Below are positions 1 through 13,640 of a stretch of 64,000 nt of DNA, piece after piece. Positions within the stretch are counted from its first letter, which is position 1. The number at the start of each line of letters is the position of its first letter. The notes under the pieces were generated by a model. It did no database searches. It was not told the DNA's origin and saw nothing but the letters and a program-made list of their open reading frames with translations. The position numbers and the translations under genes are program-made. The stretch is from Podarcis erhardii. Its lineage: Eukaryota. The stretch lies in the NCBI GenBank assembly GCA_964252035.1, contig CAXUOO010000145.1. One strand, written 5' to 3'.

Positions 1-36
1 TTCACTCAGCGCCACTGCAGTGCAAAGGGGTCTGCA

Positions 37-3011
37 GTGAGCAGCCACAAACTCCCTGCTGCTGCTGCTGTTGATGGAGATGAAGCGGAGGAGGAGGAGG
101 AGAAGGAGGCTGCAGCTGCTCAAGACGCAGACACTGAAACTTTCATCATTTCGTGGGGCGGAGGCGAGCAAGGAGGAGGAGGAGGCGGAGAAGGGGGGCG
201 GGGGGCTCCGCGACTGGGGCCAGTGCAGGCGCATCGAGAGCTGCTTTTTTCGAAGAGAAACGCCGAAAAACGGAGCGCAGAAAACGAGGCAGCGCCTGAC
301 AAAGAAGCCCCCCCCTGCTGCATGCAGCTCCTCCCGCAGCAGCCGGACCGAAGCCCGCCACTTTTTCTGCCCAAAGAGCACGAAACAACAGAGCAGGAGG
401 CGCGAGCAGCTCACTGCCTGGCTCAGTCTTCACCGAACTACTCCCTCCTCAGGCACCCACAACAACAACAACAAGAAGAAGGAGAACAGTTGAAGAAGCA
501 AGTGCAGGAGCAGGAGTTTTTGGTCCCTGCGTGGATGCAGGCAGAAGAGGCGCTGCTGAGGGCAGGGCGCGAGGAGGTGCGACTTGCTTGCGAAGCTGCG
601 CAGCAGCAGTGGCTAGCACAGTCAGAAGCTCGTCGCAGTAGTAGGCGCAACCACGTAGTCGACGAAGCGAAAAACAAAGAAGCAACTCCTCTGCTAGGGT
701 CCCTTTTTTTTGAGGGGGCAGCGAGCCGCCGCCGACTGCTCAGCGAATTTCGCAGCTTCCGCTGAGCTGCGCTTGCAGTCTAATGAGCGAAACTCCTGCA
801 GCCCACCTCAACGTCTGAAACAGCACAAACTCACCGAACAAGTTAGCAGCAGCAGTGGCGCAGCGAGGAGTTGGATCCACACACAAAGAAGAGCTGAAAA
901 AGAAGAAACAGAAGAAGAAGGAGACTCGAGTAGAGTCGCCACGACGCAGCTGCAGCACCGAGCAGCTTCTTCGTCTGCGTGGCCGAACGCTGTGCACTAC
1001 TCTTCGAGACCCCCCCAATACGCAGCAGCCACTTCCTCAGCAACCACCACAACTCCTGCGTGTGCCGACTCTTCTTCCACCGCGCTAGTAGTCGTAGAGA
1101 AGAGCGAACAAGCAGCAGCAGCAGGAGGAGGAGGAGAGCGCAAAGGAGACCGCGGAAATCGAGTGGTCGGTTTTCTTCTTATTTGCGGGCCCTGACAGTG
1201 TCTCCGCTTTCGGGGCAGACGCAGACGTGGGCTTCACTTCAAGCAGCAGTTTCACGCGGCGTCTCAGCAGCGGCTTGCAGCGCTGCTGCTGCTGCTTCTT
1301 CCTCTGCTGCTGTGCTCTCTGCTGCAGCCAGTGCAGCCGCAGAAGCCGCTGCCAATGTGGCTGCAGTTGGAGAAGAAGCAGTTGCAGCAGCTTTGTCTAC
1401 AGAGCCACCACCACCACCGTCCTTACCACCAGGGGGCTGCTTGGGTCGCAACCACGAAGGAGCAGCAGCTGCAAGGAGGAGGAGAAGAAGGGCAGAAGCA
1501 GTCTCAAAACTCCAAATTCAAGCACGTTGATGGTGTCGGGAGAAAACTTGCGTTTCACGCCGCTCTGGTGAGCTCAGAGCAGTCTCCAGTGAACGACCCT
1601 GCTGCATACTCGACGCAAAGCCAGCAGCTGCTGCAGAGAACAAGACTCTATGAAGGAGATGACTTTTTTTTCCCTGCACATTCCACCGCAACACCGGCTG
1701 CTGCTGAAAAAGAAGAAGAAGACGGAAATGCACTGCAGTTCGAGTGGAACCAGCATCTTCCTCGCCATACAGGAGGAGGAGGAGGAGGAGAGAGTCAAGA
1801 AGCAGCAGCAGCAGTTCAAGCTGACGCAGCAGATGCTAAAGGAGACGCAGGAACAAACTTTTCAGGGGCTGGGCTGAGCGAGACACTCGCAATTCGCCAA
1901 CTAGCCCAGGCAGCTCTCGCAGCTACCACTGCAGCAGATTATAGCAGTACTAGTAGCAGTAGTAGTAGTAGTAGTAGTGGTGGTGGTGGTAGTGGTGGTA
2001 ATAGTAGTAGTAGGAGTGGGAGTGAGAGCTCGCCTCGAAGCGCAGATTTTAGTGAGGAAAAGAGGGAGAGCGTTTTTGGAGCAGGTGCAACGAGAAGAGC
2101 GGCATGAGCGGAGACGGCGTAGAACTCAGCGCAGCCGGATCAAGGATGGTGAGCTGAATCCACAGCAAGAACTGCAGCGACGGAATAGGGCTGCGCTGCT
2201 TGAACAGAAGCTGCTGATGCTGCAGCTTCAGCGGAATGCCTCAGATCCACTACTAGAGGGCAGTGAGGGCGCAAGAAGTGAAGAAGAGGCTTCTCAGGAA
2301 CAAGTGCAGCAACCGGTGCAACCGATGCTTGAAGAAGAGCACGTGTGTGAGGAACAAGAGCAGCTGCAGAACCACCAACGCCAGCAACTGGAAGAGAGCA
2401 TGCGTCACGTGCAGCCTCTTCTGACGACGGGTGGAAAACAGGCTGAGTCTTCCGCTACAGCAGAGCAGCAGCCTACTAAGCAAGCAGAGCTGCTGCTGCT
2501 GCCGCAACAAGAGCAGCGACTTCAACGCAGAAGAAGCAGACTCGCAACAGCTCTTGCAACAGGCAGAGGTGAACTCACAGCTCTTGCAGGTGGGTGTGGA
2601 ACAGCCGGGACGACTCAGCAACGGGGAAGGAGCGAAGAAAAAACACAGTCAGAATCACCTACAGCACTTGCAACAGGAGGACGACGGAAAGGATGCCACA
2701 ACAGTCGAAAACCAGCCAGAAAACAGGATGCTACTCTTGACACTCAGCAGCTGCAGCAGTCTGCAACTGCAGAGCAACTGAAGCCGGGAAACCCAGACGT
2801 TGTCAGTGAGCTAGGGGACTGCACGCGAAAGCAGTTCCAACAACACCCGCAACAGCAGCGACAGACTCAGACTTTTGGCAAGCACAGAAAGTCGGGCAGA
2901 AACAGAGGAAAACCTTCGAAGCAGGAAATCCAGCAACAGCCGCAGCAACGCGTGCAGCAGCGGCTTCAACAAGAGCAGGGGGAAAAAGACGCAGAAGCAG
3001 CACCAAATTAG
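37..3011 (+). CDS. Low-complexity (Q/A/E/S/G-rich) hypothetical protein, probably 5'-partial and split over several frames
   Basis: Overlapping + strand ORFs 37-765, 710-1195, 979-1530, 1331-2107 and 1977-3011 hand over from frame to frame, and each is protein-like over only part of its length. One switch lies at the T-run near 703-710. CAG/GAG/AGT triplet runs encode homopolymer tracts. No recognisable domain. Confidence 0.45.
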
Positions 3012-3515
3012 AGCACGGCTACAACAGAAGGAGCACCTGTGACGACGAGGTGAATTTCAGGGAACGAAAGTTCACCGATGAGCAGCGTTTGTCTGCAGGG
3101 TGCAGCGTGTGGACGCAACGAGTGAGGCGGTGTGAGCCGTCACAGTAGTGCATTTTCAGCGGAGCACGAAAACCTGCATTTATTTGCTGAGCACCCAGCC
3201 CCAATAAAAACAGCAAGTTGTTGTGTCCCTGCAGAATTCACTGCTCCCGCAAGGGAGCTGCCAACGTAAAAGAGCGGCGGCATGAGTCACGCACGTTTGC
3301 AATGCATTGTTGAAGTGAACGGGGAGTTGTTGGAGCAGCAACAGCAGCACAAGCAGTAGGTGCAGCTGCAGGGATTCGTCTCCTGCAAGATCCACGTAAT
3401 CGCTGAGACATTGCGATTCATGTAGTGACGGCAGGCGCTGTGATGGAGCTCATGAGAGGCTTGGACACGGAAGTCCCTATTTCGTAGAGTATCTTGTGTA
3501 CCGTGTATTTATATG

Positions 3516-3722
3516 CAGAGAACATATATGCATGGGATGCACTCGAAGTGAAAGTGTATTTGAAGAGAATACATATATATGTACATTTATACAGAGAACA
3601 TATATACGTGGGATACACTCCAAGCGAAAATGTATTTGAAGAGAATACATTATATATGTATATATATACAGAGAACATATTTACGTGGGATGCACTCCAC
3701 GTGAAAGTGTATTTGAAGAGAA
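3516..3722. repeat. Tandem repeat, 76-77 bp unit, ~2.7 copies
   Basis: Units start CAGAGAACATAT at 3516, 3592 and 3669. Each contains GGGAT(G/A)CACTC...GAAA(G/A)TGTATTTGAAGAGAA. Confidence 0.9.
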
Positions 3723-5791
3723 GGAGAGAGAAGAAGAGGAAGGTTCAGAGGAAAGAGGGCGAAGCAAACGCAAATTCAATACCAAAACTGTATTTCAAGT
3801 GCTGGACAATTTATGGTTGGTATCTACAAATATGCATACACGCTAGCAAATATTTTTGTAAAGGAGTTTCTCTTTTTTGTTCACTCACATATGCGTGAGG
3901 TGAGGATCAATCAAGAAACGTATGTGATCTGTGCTATCATTCAACGCAAATTTATCGTTTAATGTGGTTTTGGAGAAAAAAAAACCAGGTTTGTTACTCG
4001 AAAGTCTGAACGTTTGCAAATTTCGAAGCGGAACAAAAGCTTTTTCCTCTAAGCCAGAAGCAAGATAATGACTTGTAGCTCAGTTTTACCTTCATTGTTC
4101 TGCATGCAAGATATCTTTTTCTCTGCAGACAGATCCTTCCGGATCCTTCTTCTCCTACCCTCCTTTTCATATGCACTAAGCACACAATTTCCTCAACTTC
4201 TCACCGGAAAATATCAGGTTTCAAGGCATAAAACTGTGTTATCAGACATGTGTCTGAAATTGATAACGCGAAATAGTGCAATTTGCTATTCACGTTTTTG
4301 AACAAGCGACATGCTTTGCGGTGTGACCTTGCCTACGTGCAAATCATTACAAAGTTTTTTTCACTTGAAACCTAGATCATATTTCAAAATAGAATTATAT
4401 TCATGTATATATATACGAAATTTAGTGGTAGTATGGGTTTTTTCTTTGTTCCAGCTTATGAAGGGAGAGTTCCTGAGAGTGAAAACTCATATACATCCAA
4501 AGACTGGCTATAATCTATCCAGGAAAACGTACGAAACAGAAGTACGGTAATTTATATATATGACTTCTATATACATGAATATATGTATATATATATATAT
4601 ACATGTATATTTGTTTTCACATCTGTTCTCAATGGCGCCGAGAAGTTGAATCCAGCTAGTATGCTTAGATGCAGAGGGGGATGCAGAGGAAAAACTGCAA
4701 CGTGCTAATTCCGTGCAGAATTGCCTTGCTTGATTTCCTCTTGTCAACTTTCAAAAGCTAAATCTGGTGCACATGAGTACTTTGTTTTGGAACAACATCC
4801 ACGACTCAAATAGCTGCGGACTTTGCCTACCTTGGAGCTTTTCCCATTATGGTAGTGTAGAAGCTATGAAATTTGCGGTACGTTCTCTATAGGGAAAAAC
4901 TGCATCGCTAATGCGATATTAATGACTTTAGGGCTCAATATCCTCTCTGAACTGGAAGGGAAAAGCCTCTTTTTGCTCGGCAACCACACTTATTCTTATG
5001 GGATAAGCCTCCATTTGTTCACGTACTGGAGGGTCGTTTCAAGCTGATATATATTCCAAAATTTTCACCCTTTTACGACTTTGTACTTGTAAATATGTGA
5101 CCTGACCGTACATTTCCAACATATTTGCCACGCAGCTAACGAATTCGTCTGTGAAATAATGCATACTCATGTTCCCTGGGTCAGGTCAGCAGTTCGTGAT
5201 CAATAAAGATCCGGCTTTATTTCCACCACTCAAAGGGCTATGCTGTGTGGGGTGTTTGTAAAGTGTTGCTGAAGGCCTGAAGTGGACTATACATTAGAGC
5301 TTCTATAGCCGTTTGTGAGATCTGTAACGTCACTTTGTCCAAAAAAAAACCGCGCCTCTTCACTGCGTCCTTGTAGTGCCAATTGATAATATGTTCAACT
5401 CGACGCAGCTACGTCATAAAGTTCTAGTCAGATTATGTCTAGGCAAACGATCTTCCCTTGATGCAAGACATATATGTAAAACGCTTGAATACTGGCTGGT
5501 TCAGAGAAGGCGGTGCGCGTTCTGACCAAGGTCGGACATGAACGAGTAAGCGTCATATAAATTTAGCAGTGAACTGCTAAGAAAGACTGCGTTCGTTATT
5601 TAAGTCAACAAGTACACTTTGAAGGCGCTGGTCAGCTTTTTCTGGTGTTTAAAGCTTAACGGCAACCTATAATTAAAAACGAGAAATATTCGCTCAGCAT
5701 TTCACGATGAATACTAAAACGAAAACTTGTATTATCACCAGTACATCTTGGTTAATGCGGTATAACTGTTGCTAGAGATCACCAAGCGCCT

Positions 5792-8700
5792 TCATTTTGG
5801 TGCGTTAGTACCTGCGCCTTCTCCTCCACTACCAACAGGGATTTCCTCCTCTTTGTCGCGGATGATTGCGTGCATTTTTCCAAAGTACTCCGCCTTGCTC
5901 TCCTCTAAAAGTTTACTGAAGTGCTGTAGCTGGTCTTTTTCTTTCAAGCACTGGAGAGTTTACTTTTTCTGCCAAGACTTCCTGAACTTCGCTTAATAAA
6001 CTAGCAAATTCTTCCGACATACGGTCCATCTTCGCTTTCATCGCTAAGAGAGAATACGCACCATAGAATGGATATACCTCTGTATAATACATATGTATGA
6101 GTATACGTGGCAATGAACTAATTTGGCTTTTTTACCATATTGTCGTTGTATTGATCTCGGACTCTAGATAGAAATATGTGAGGTTCATTCTTAAATAACA
6201 GTGATAATTTTACGAACGTGTAGCATCCTGCATATTTAGAAGAACAACTCACTAGACCACCCCTGAACACCTATACAAGTATATGCGTGAATATACGCGT
6301 TTGTGTATTTGGCGTACCATGCGTCAGGCTGCTGCTTTGTAACGTCATTACACATTTAGAACAATGCAATGACCCACATCTACATTAGCATACACGTTTT
6401 GAATACATGTGAATCAAATTATATAGTTTGTCAAACGTAAAAATATGTCTTAAGAAATGAATTTGATATTGCTCAGCTATTGTGAGTTGCCGAAGCAGCA
6501 TATTCCTGCTATTCAACTTGTTGGTATATATACATGTACATTCACACATTGCCTGCGGTGCATTTTATGCGTTATATGTGAAGCTAAACTTTTGTGTGCA
6601 TATACCAGTTCATATATATATATATACATGACAGAAGTACACCCAGTTCATCTCAACATTTCGTACGGTTCATTCGCTTCTTTGAAATGATACTGTGTTA
6701 TGCATTTAACACTCACATAGATTTCTACTGAACAGGGTCGAACTATTCGACATGCTAGCCTAACTTACATCGCAAGCTGTATATGTGGTTACATGAACGG
6801 TTCAGAAAAGATGTTTTTACGATTATCCTGATCCAATTGTTGACGAGAAAGTGCAAAGGAGGAAAAAAAGTGTATTAGGTTGTTCCACAGAAAGTCCTCT
6901 CGAATATAACTCGAATAACCGACATAACTTGTTGTTTCTTAAGTAATCATGCATCACTGTAACTGTCAAAAGTCTTTGATTGTGTTCGAATCTCCCTGTA
7001 CACACATGTATTCCTCATGACTATATCCTCAAGGAGAGAACAAGAGCATAAAGAAGAAGAACAGGAAAACTACGGAGGACGTTTCCAGGAGAAGCTGTTC
7101 ATAACGCTCCAGATTGACAGGCGAAAATGTGTGTCTGACAGACTTTTTCTTGGTCCATATCAACGTATAATATGGTAAATGTAAAGTTTGCACTGTCTGG
7201 TCGCATTCAAGACTAAAAGAGTTGACAGCTTCGAATTCTGTTTCAGTAGTATGTGCCATGACTACACTTGAAAAGTCAACTCAATGAAAATACTCGTATA
7301 AGCACAAGCACACACACAGGCAATGAAGATTGTAAATGTCGCGTTGCTGTACGCCGGATTCGAAACTCTTGAAACGACATGCATTAATATTTTTGACTAT
7401 ACTGCTATATGTAAATATACTACTATATATATATATATATACATTATTATGGATGATTTTGGTGGTAGGAAAAAAAGAAAAGGTAAAAGCATTTTTCCTT
7501 AAATGTATGCATATATTTGTACGTAATCAAAGTTGAGAACGCCTAGGCACACATATATATGTGTAAGTATCCGGACAAGGCCGTTATCTATGTAAAAGTT
7601 GAGTCAAACATGTGAACACGCGTGAACTGATCGGCATTTCATGACAGACTGAGGATAAGATAATTCGCACAGAAAAGCGCCTGTAAACATATTTGTGTGT
7701 ACAATTTCTCAGATACCCTACCTTATACAAAACTGTGTTTATATATATGTATATATGAGAAGTTATATTGCATACACGTTTTCTCACTGACGCAAGAATC
7801 TACTAGTTCACCTTTATTTGCTTACAGGCTGGACAAATATGAAGAATGTAAGCGGCTTAAGTGCGTACGTGCTGGCGATTAACAAAACACTATTATTTCC
7901 TCCTCTTTCAGCGAGGACGTGTTGACGTAGTAATTAACCGCATGCAGACGTACTTCATTATATATTTTAAAGTACCATGTATATGTACACACAAGCACCT
8001 TTCTCTACATTTTCCATTTTTTCGCATAAAGAAGAACCCCTAATCCTACTGCTGATTTCAAGCCACATGTGTTCGAACGGGAAAATGTGAGGAACAGAAA
8101 ACGAGCATTTTGGATACTTGATTTTGTTGAAGGGATGCATACACAGACTATTGCCGCTAACTGTCAGCAAGTTTGTCGTTTTTCTCCTTTTATATCTGTA
8201 CCTTTGGAGCACTCTTCCAGTTGTAGAGCTTCCTTATCTTTGATACTGCTCAGCTGTTTCAGTGCACTGGATTTTTCGGCAAATTCTCTCTTCTGATCTT
8301 CCAAAACGGCCTGCTGAGTTTTCAGCTGGTCTGCGTAGAAGAGCTGCATCGCTTTCTGTTGCCGTACTAGCTCCGAATATACAGCATGATTACGCTCCTT
8401 TTCCTTTTTCAAGTCATCTTTGCATTGCTGTAACTGGAAATTGTCACATTTGGTAATCGCCTTTATATGATAAAGTCAGACGAACACACATAACCGTTTG
8501 AGAGACGTATGCATTTAACACGTGTGTGCATACCTACCTGTATGTACTATTACATCCAAGAACGCATGAGAGTATACGAGATTATGAAAGTTTTGTCTGC
8601 ATCTAGTAATATACATGTATGTAAAATACATCGAATCATTTGGACATCTTGTCACAAAGGTACGAATGAAGACCTTGTGGCATTCGCATCATGCTGACGT

Positions 8701-10654
8701 CTCTTTGCGGCCATCTCGTGCTTAATCAGCAGTTACGTAGGAAAGGGTGACACATTTTTGCTTATAGTTGATGAGGTTTTTTTCATTCCATCTAAAACGT
8801 TGCCCTTCAAAACGCCTACAGGATCAAAATCTCCCGAAAGCTCGCCGAAGTTGATTTTTTCCTCTTACAGCAGCAAGCAGTGTTTACAGAAAGTGCCTTT
8901 TGACTTAAGAAATAGGAATATTGTGTCGCTTACTTTCATTATATATGAATATATATATGAATTTGAAATATGTATTCATGAGCATGCGTATGCATACGTA
9001 TTCATATACAAGAATAGGGGAAAAAAACAAAAGTGCTGACGGCATACAAAAAGATGTATTTTATTTGTGGATAAATATGAACATATATATATATATATGT
9101 TTTTATAATGCCATATATATAATATGGATGCAATATTTTGTCAATAATTTAATAATCGAAAAGATCTTTTACAAATTGACTGAGGACTGAATAACACTTT
9201 CGTAGGTCTCGCTGTGGTGCTTTCTGCCCATGAAGTACGAATGTGCAAACGAATATTTATTTTCAGCACTCGCCGTATACGCATAGAATAGGTGATAGCT
9301 ACCTTTGTCTTCTCTGGTTACAGACATGCAGGTATAAGTATATACTGTGCTACAAAGGCTGTCTGCTAAATAACCAAGTCAACGATCTCCCGTATACATA
9401 AATTTGTTAAAACCATTGAAGTAGATTATGACTATGTAGCGATTTTCTCTAGTGGCAATTTGTTTGCTTGGTTCCTTAAACATAATAACTATAGTTTTAG
9501 CATACCGGTAAATCACTTAAATGAACGCATTTTATTAAACATGTTTGACGCAATCCTCAAATGCCGTACATAAGCATCCCGTACAGTATCGCATAATTGT
9601 ATTTTAATTGACACATCCTTTCAGTATGCAGTATAACAGTAAGACTGGGAATATCTGTTCCGCTTTTACTGATGAATCTTCTGCGTAGTAGCAAACACTA
9701 CTTGATTCTTTTCAATACTGGCCGTGGAACACGCAACGCAGTCGAAGAGTGCATCACGGTATAACGTAGTTTTAAGCCCACTGTATAGCCGTAATATTGA
9801 GTCCTTTACTGCATAGGCATATCTCTGATTGATAAAGTGGCATAAGATGAGCTTTATACATACACACATGTAATACGTACGCTTATTTTATGTATATGTA
9901 TCTGCGTGTATACGTATATATATACACATGTTGATAGAAATATAGTCATATATATATATATAATATATATATATATAATTATGTACCTGCATAGGCATAA
10001 TTATAAAATAATCAAATAGACATATGTTGAATATCATACGTATGTTTTTATATATATGTATATGTATTTGCATGTATACATATAAAACAACACCTGTAGA
10101 TAGAAATACAATCACATATACCTACGGTTTTACGTACATAAATATATACATATATATATGCATACATATACATTTATGCTTATCTAGCAACGTATTGTGC
10201 TGGCACAGCCAAATTCGCCATGCACTTACTTTAATATATGTTATGATAATGATCTGATACTGTTGCCACGTAAACTAAAACAGAGCAAAGCATGAGGCCT
10301 AGAGAATTATCAGATTAGCTCCAAAGTATACTCGAGTAAATGCATTTCATTTTCTTAAAATTCACTCCTGATTGATACTATAGTAGTACGGAATTCTAGA
10401 AGTCTGACTGATGTACGGAATTCAGTCAAAAGATTCTGGTGTACGTATGTTCGCTTCACACCTTTTCTTTTTAGTAAATTTTCCTGCTTTATAACTTCAA
10501 AAAGCTCCTCCCATTTTTGCTGCACGCGCACTTTCCGCTCCAGCATATCGGCCTCTAGCAGGCCATTCAATTCTTCTGCCGACGTTGTTGGCGCTGCATT
10601 ATCTTTCGCTTTACGCAAGGATGCAGCTTTAGGCTTTCGCTTTTGAGCCGACAT
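5792..10654 (-). CDS. Multi-exon coiled-coil protein, CCDC153/DRC12-like (tentative)
   Basis: Exon 1 starts at ATG 10654 (MSAQKRKPKAASLRK...ENLLKRK; donor near 10460). Exon 8433-8202 has a TTTCCAG acceptor and GTACAG donor and reads LQQCKDDLKKEKERNHAVYSELVRQQKAMQ. It joins in phase 1 to an exon starting 6043 (CTCTTAG acceptor) reading AMKAKMDRMSEEFASLLSEVQEVLAEK. These resemble the CCDC153 motifs 'KAIYAEMSRQ' and 'LRAHMADMEAKYEEIL' as I recall them. The stop is at 5913, or at 5792 if a 1-nt indel is allowed. Confidence 0.45.
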
Positions 10655-12593
10655 TCTTTCTTAATAGCAAGGGCTATCTCGTCCATTATTGACCTATGAT
10701 CAAGTTTGAATACGTCTTGCTGATGGATATAAACACATTTTTATACATGTATATACACATGTATATACATAGATACCTATATACCAGATCAAGATAGTCA
10801 CACCTCAAGGCACATTAAAATCTTCTTCTGGATATGAAAATATATTATGTACACAGGGGAAGTCTTCATTCATGTATGTATAAGTTTGTATACATGTATA
10901 CACTTGTTCACAAATATATATATGTATACATATATGTTAGTAATCAAGAAGATAAAAACACAGGAAGTTGAAAGCAGGAATATCAAAGAAAAGGTAGGAA
11001 ATAAGTAGAGGGGCCGACTTTCTTATCAATAAAAATTGATCTGCATATTTTCCACTCGAAGAAAAATGTAGATGTCAAGATTTTGGAAATGAATCAAACA
11101 CTCGAAAAGCAACATATAGAGTAAGAAGCCTTCTTTTTCTTTAGCGCCCACGACTTTGCCGGCTCACATTTTTACAAGTGTAGAGGATGCAACAGAAGTC
11201 AAATATTATTCGCGCGACTGTACTATCAGTGCATATGGACTACGTCAGACTGACTTAGCGGAATGCAGATTTTTTTGTGTAGGTAGGAAAATGTGGCAAG
11301 ACAAATGTGATGTTTACGTAGACATATATATATCTATATATATATATACATATATATATACTCGACTCTTTATCAGAGCAGAAGACAGGGTATTATATTC
11401 TGCTGTCGATGGTTGCTTTCACACTGTGTACATATGAGAGTTCATATATAAGTATACATATATATATATATATATATATACTGTTTATGTCTATGCTCAA
11501 TCCAGTGGCGTCAGAAAACTTAGTGTGTCACTGCAGCCATTGATCATCAATCTATACAACAGAAAACTGTGTGATACCTGGGCAGTAGATTAGCATGCAC
11601 AACAGCACGTTTGCACTTCTCCTCCTGCGACATTATATATTGTATATATGTAAAGTGTTGTGATGTGTCGTATACGCGCGCACATAATATCAAGGTGTGT
11701 ATCGCATCTGTCATGCAGATACACATATACACGTATATGTATACTCCTGCAACAAGAGGCACCCAACGCTCCAGCGCGTGGGAAAAACGTAGCTTTGCAC
11801 TCAAAAAATTATCCTCCGTTGTGAAATATCACACCAGGTTATGTACGAGAATCGCAACTTCCACATCGCACTCAAATTGCGACTATGCCTGTGCCCACTG
11901 AAACTGCATCGTGAACATTAAAGATTATATGAAGGGGGCTGCATGCTGGGATGACAGCAGAAGCAGCGTGGAATCTCTGCAAAGCATGCTGCACTTTTTG
12001 TGCGAGGCAGCTTGTCGTATGTAGAGAATTTTTAGACATACGATCATTTGAGCGTATGGTAGTAATAAGCTCAAGAAATCTTCACCTCAGTTTTGAGCGC
12101 GCTGCACTTGACGTTGCACATGAATAATGAGGGAACAAATTGTATGTATGAAATCTCCTTGTTTCTTTCAACATAGTATGAGAAAGTATATTTACATCAG
12201 TAATCAGACGTTATATTAAACTGGTTGCTCGAATCCTCGAGGCAATTCTCTTTCAACCTGAATTTCGTTAACCTCTTTCCGTGTGCATGCCAGGCGCACA
12301 AGATGTGAATATACACTGATCAGAGTATCGAGTGATCAGTACCTCAAATCAGTGCTGTTTCCATAACTTAACTAGGCCCGTCATATATATACAGATGAGT
12401 AAAATGGTAAAGACCCACCGGTAATGATAACCCACTGTCTTTGTTGTATGACGCAAAAGCCTTTGGTGTAGCCTCGAACTGACGCGCCGTAGCGCGGCGT
12501 ATGCTGTGTATGTATATGACGAGCATCGTGTCACGTGCCGTATAATATTCATTCCCATACTTACAAAAGAACATATATATACGTGATATATGT

Positions 12594-12597
<4 letters not shown>

Positions 12598-12639
<42 letters not shown>
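12598..12639. repeat. (AT)n microsatellite, representative of many in the window (e.g. ~19163-19201, 20355-20390, 20694-20741, 20927-20957, 42085-42135, 48430-48465)
   Basis: Perfect AT dinucleotide run, read directly. Confidence 0.95.
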
Positions 12640-12641
<2 letters not shown>

Positions 12642-13076
12642 TATAATTGGTATAGGCATGTGCAAAGAGATTTATTTTTTTTCAAACAAATATCTCGTTC
12701 CGATTTACAAATTATTTCCGAGCTACAATATGTAACGAGAGTAAAAATAAAGTGTGGATATGGATTTCACCTGAATCAACACTGGCATGCTACACGACTT
12801 ACTTCACGTAGTATACATGCAACTTGGAATAGTTGACTGAGAGCTGAAACAACGCTCATAAATTTTTTCCCTCGTTGAAGCTTTTTAGCATTTACTTTTG
12901 TCAGGTTGTTGATATAGTGTTGTCTGCGTCCTTTATGCAGAAATAATCGAAAGACAGTCCAAATGGTCAGTAGTCGACGCTTAGGAAATCGCACTTCACA
13001 CGAACGTTTGCCCGGATCCTCCCTAATTCGATCAACATAGTATAACGCACTGTAGTAGTAGTGTTACACAGCTTGT

Positions 13077-13640
13077 TGAATCTTAATACATAAGGGTATC
13101 TAGAGTTTATGTTACATGATGTGATTATATGAATATCTGCATATTGCAATCGAACAATGTAGCCTATATATGAGGTAAAATACTCAATGATCGCTTCAAC
13201 ACCAGCTGCAAAAATTTCAAAAGATTTGGCAAAATACACATCATGAACTCCTGCCACTACTGTCTATCAAAACGTGCACTCCGCTGTGTGTAATAGGCGG
13301 CTCAGCAGCATTTTGAATTCATACGTGAGTTTTCAAGAAAATCTGTTGCCAAAGCTGTTCGTTCTTAAAGTGGTATGTTCTTGCTAAAATACGTTCCAGA
13401 ACGTACATCTTGTTCGGTAAAACTTCACTGTTTCGATTTCTACGCGTGCAGCACGCATATGTGTTATTTCATCATGCCACCCTCGATGGCGATATATCAT
13501 TTGCACAACTAAATATCAGTTGTGCTGTCTATAGACGAAACAAAGATCTACGCTGAAACATTCTTGTATATATAGATGTATATTTACAGATGTTAGGCAG
13601 CTAGCTGAATCTTAATACATAAGGGTTGCTAAAGTTTATG
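13077..13640. repeat. Short dispersed direct repeat pair
   Basis: TGAATCTTAATACATAAGGGT is identical at 13077-13097 and 13606-13626. It is followed by ATCTAGAGTTTATG and TGCTAAAGTTTATG respectively. Confidence 0.8.

Noticed and set aside
5953-5965. 13-nt GT...AG segment (GTAAACTCTCCAG on the minus strand) whose removal would restore the long frame of the CCDC153-like gene
   Set aside because: It is far below a plausible spliceosomal intron size for coccidians. A single-base indel explains the frame more simply.
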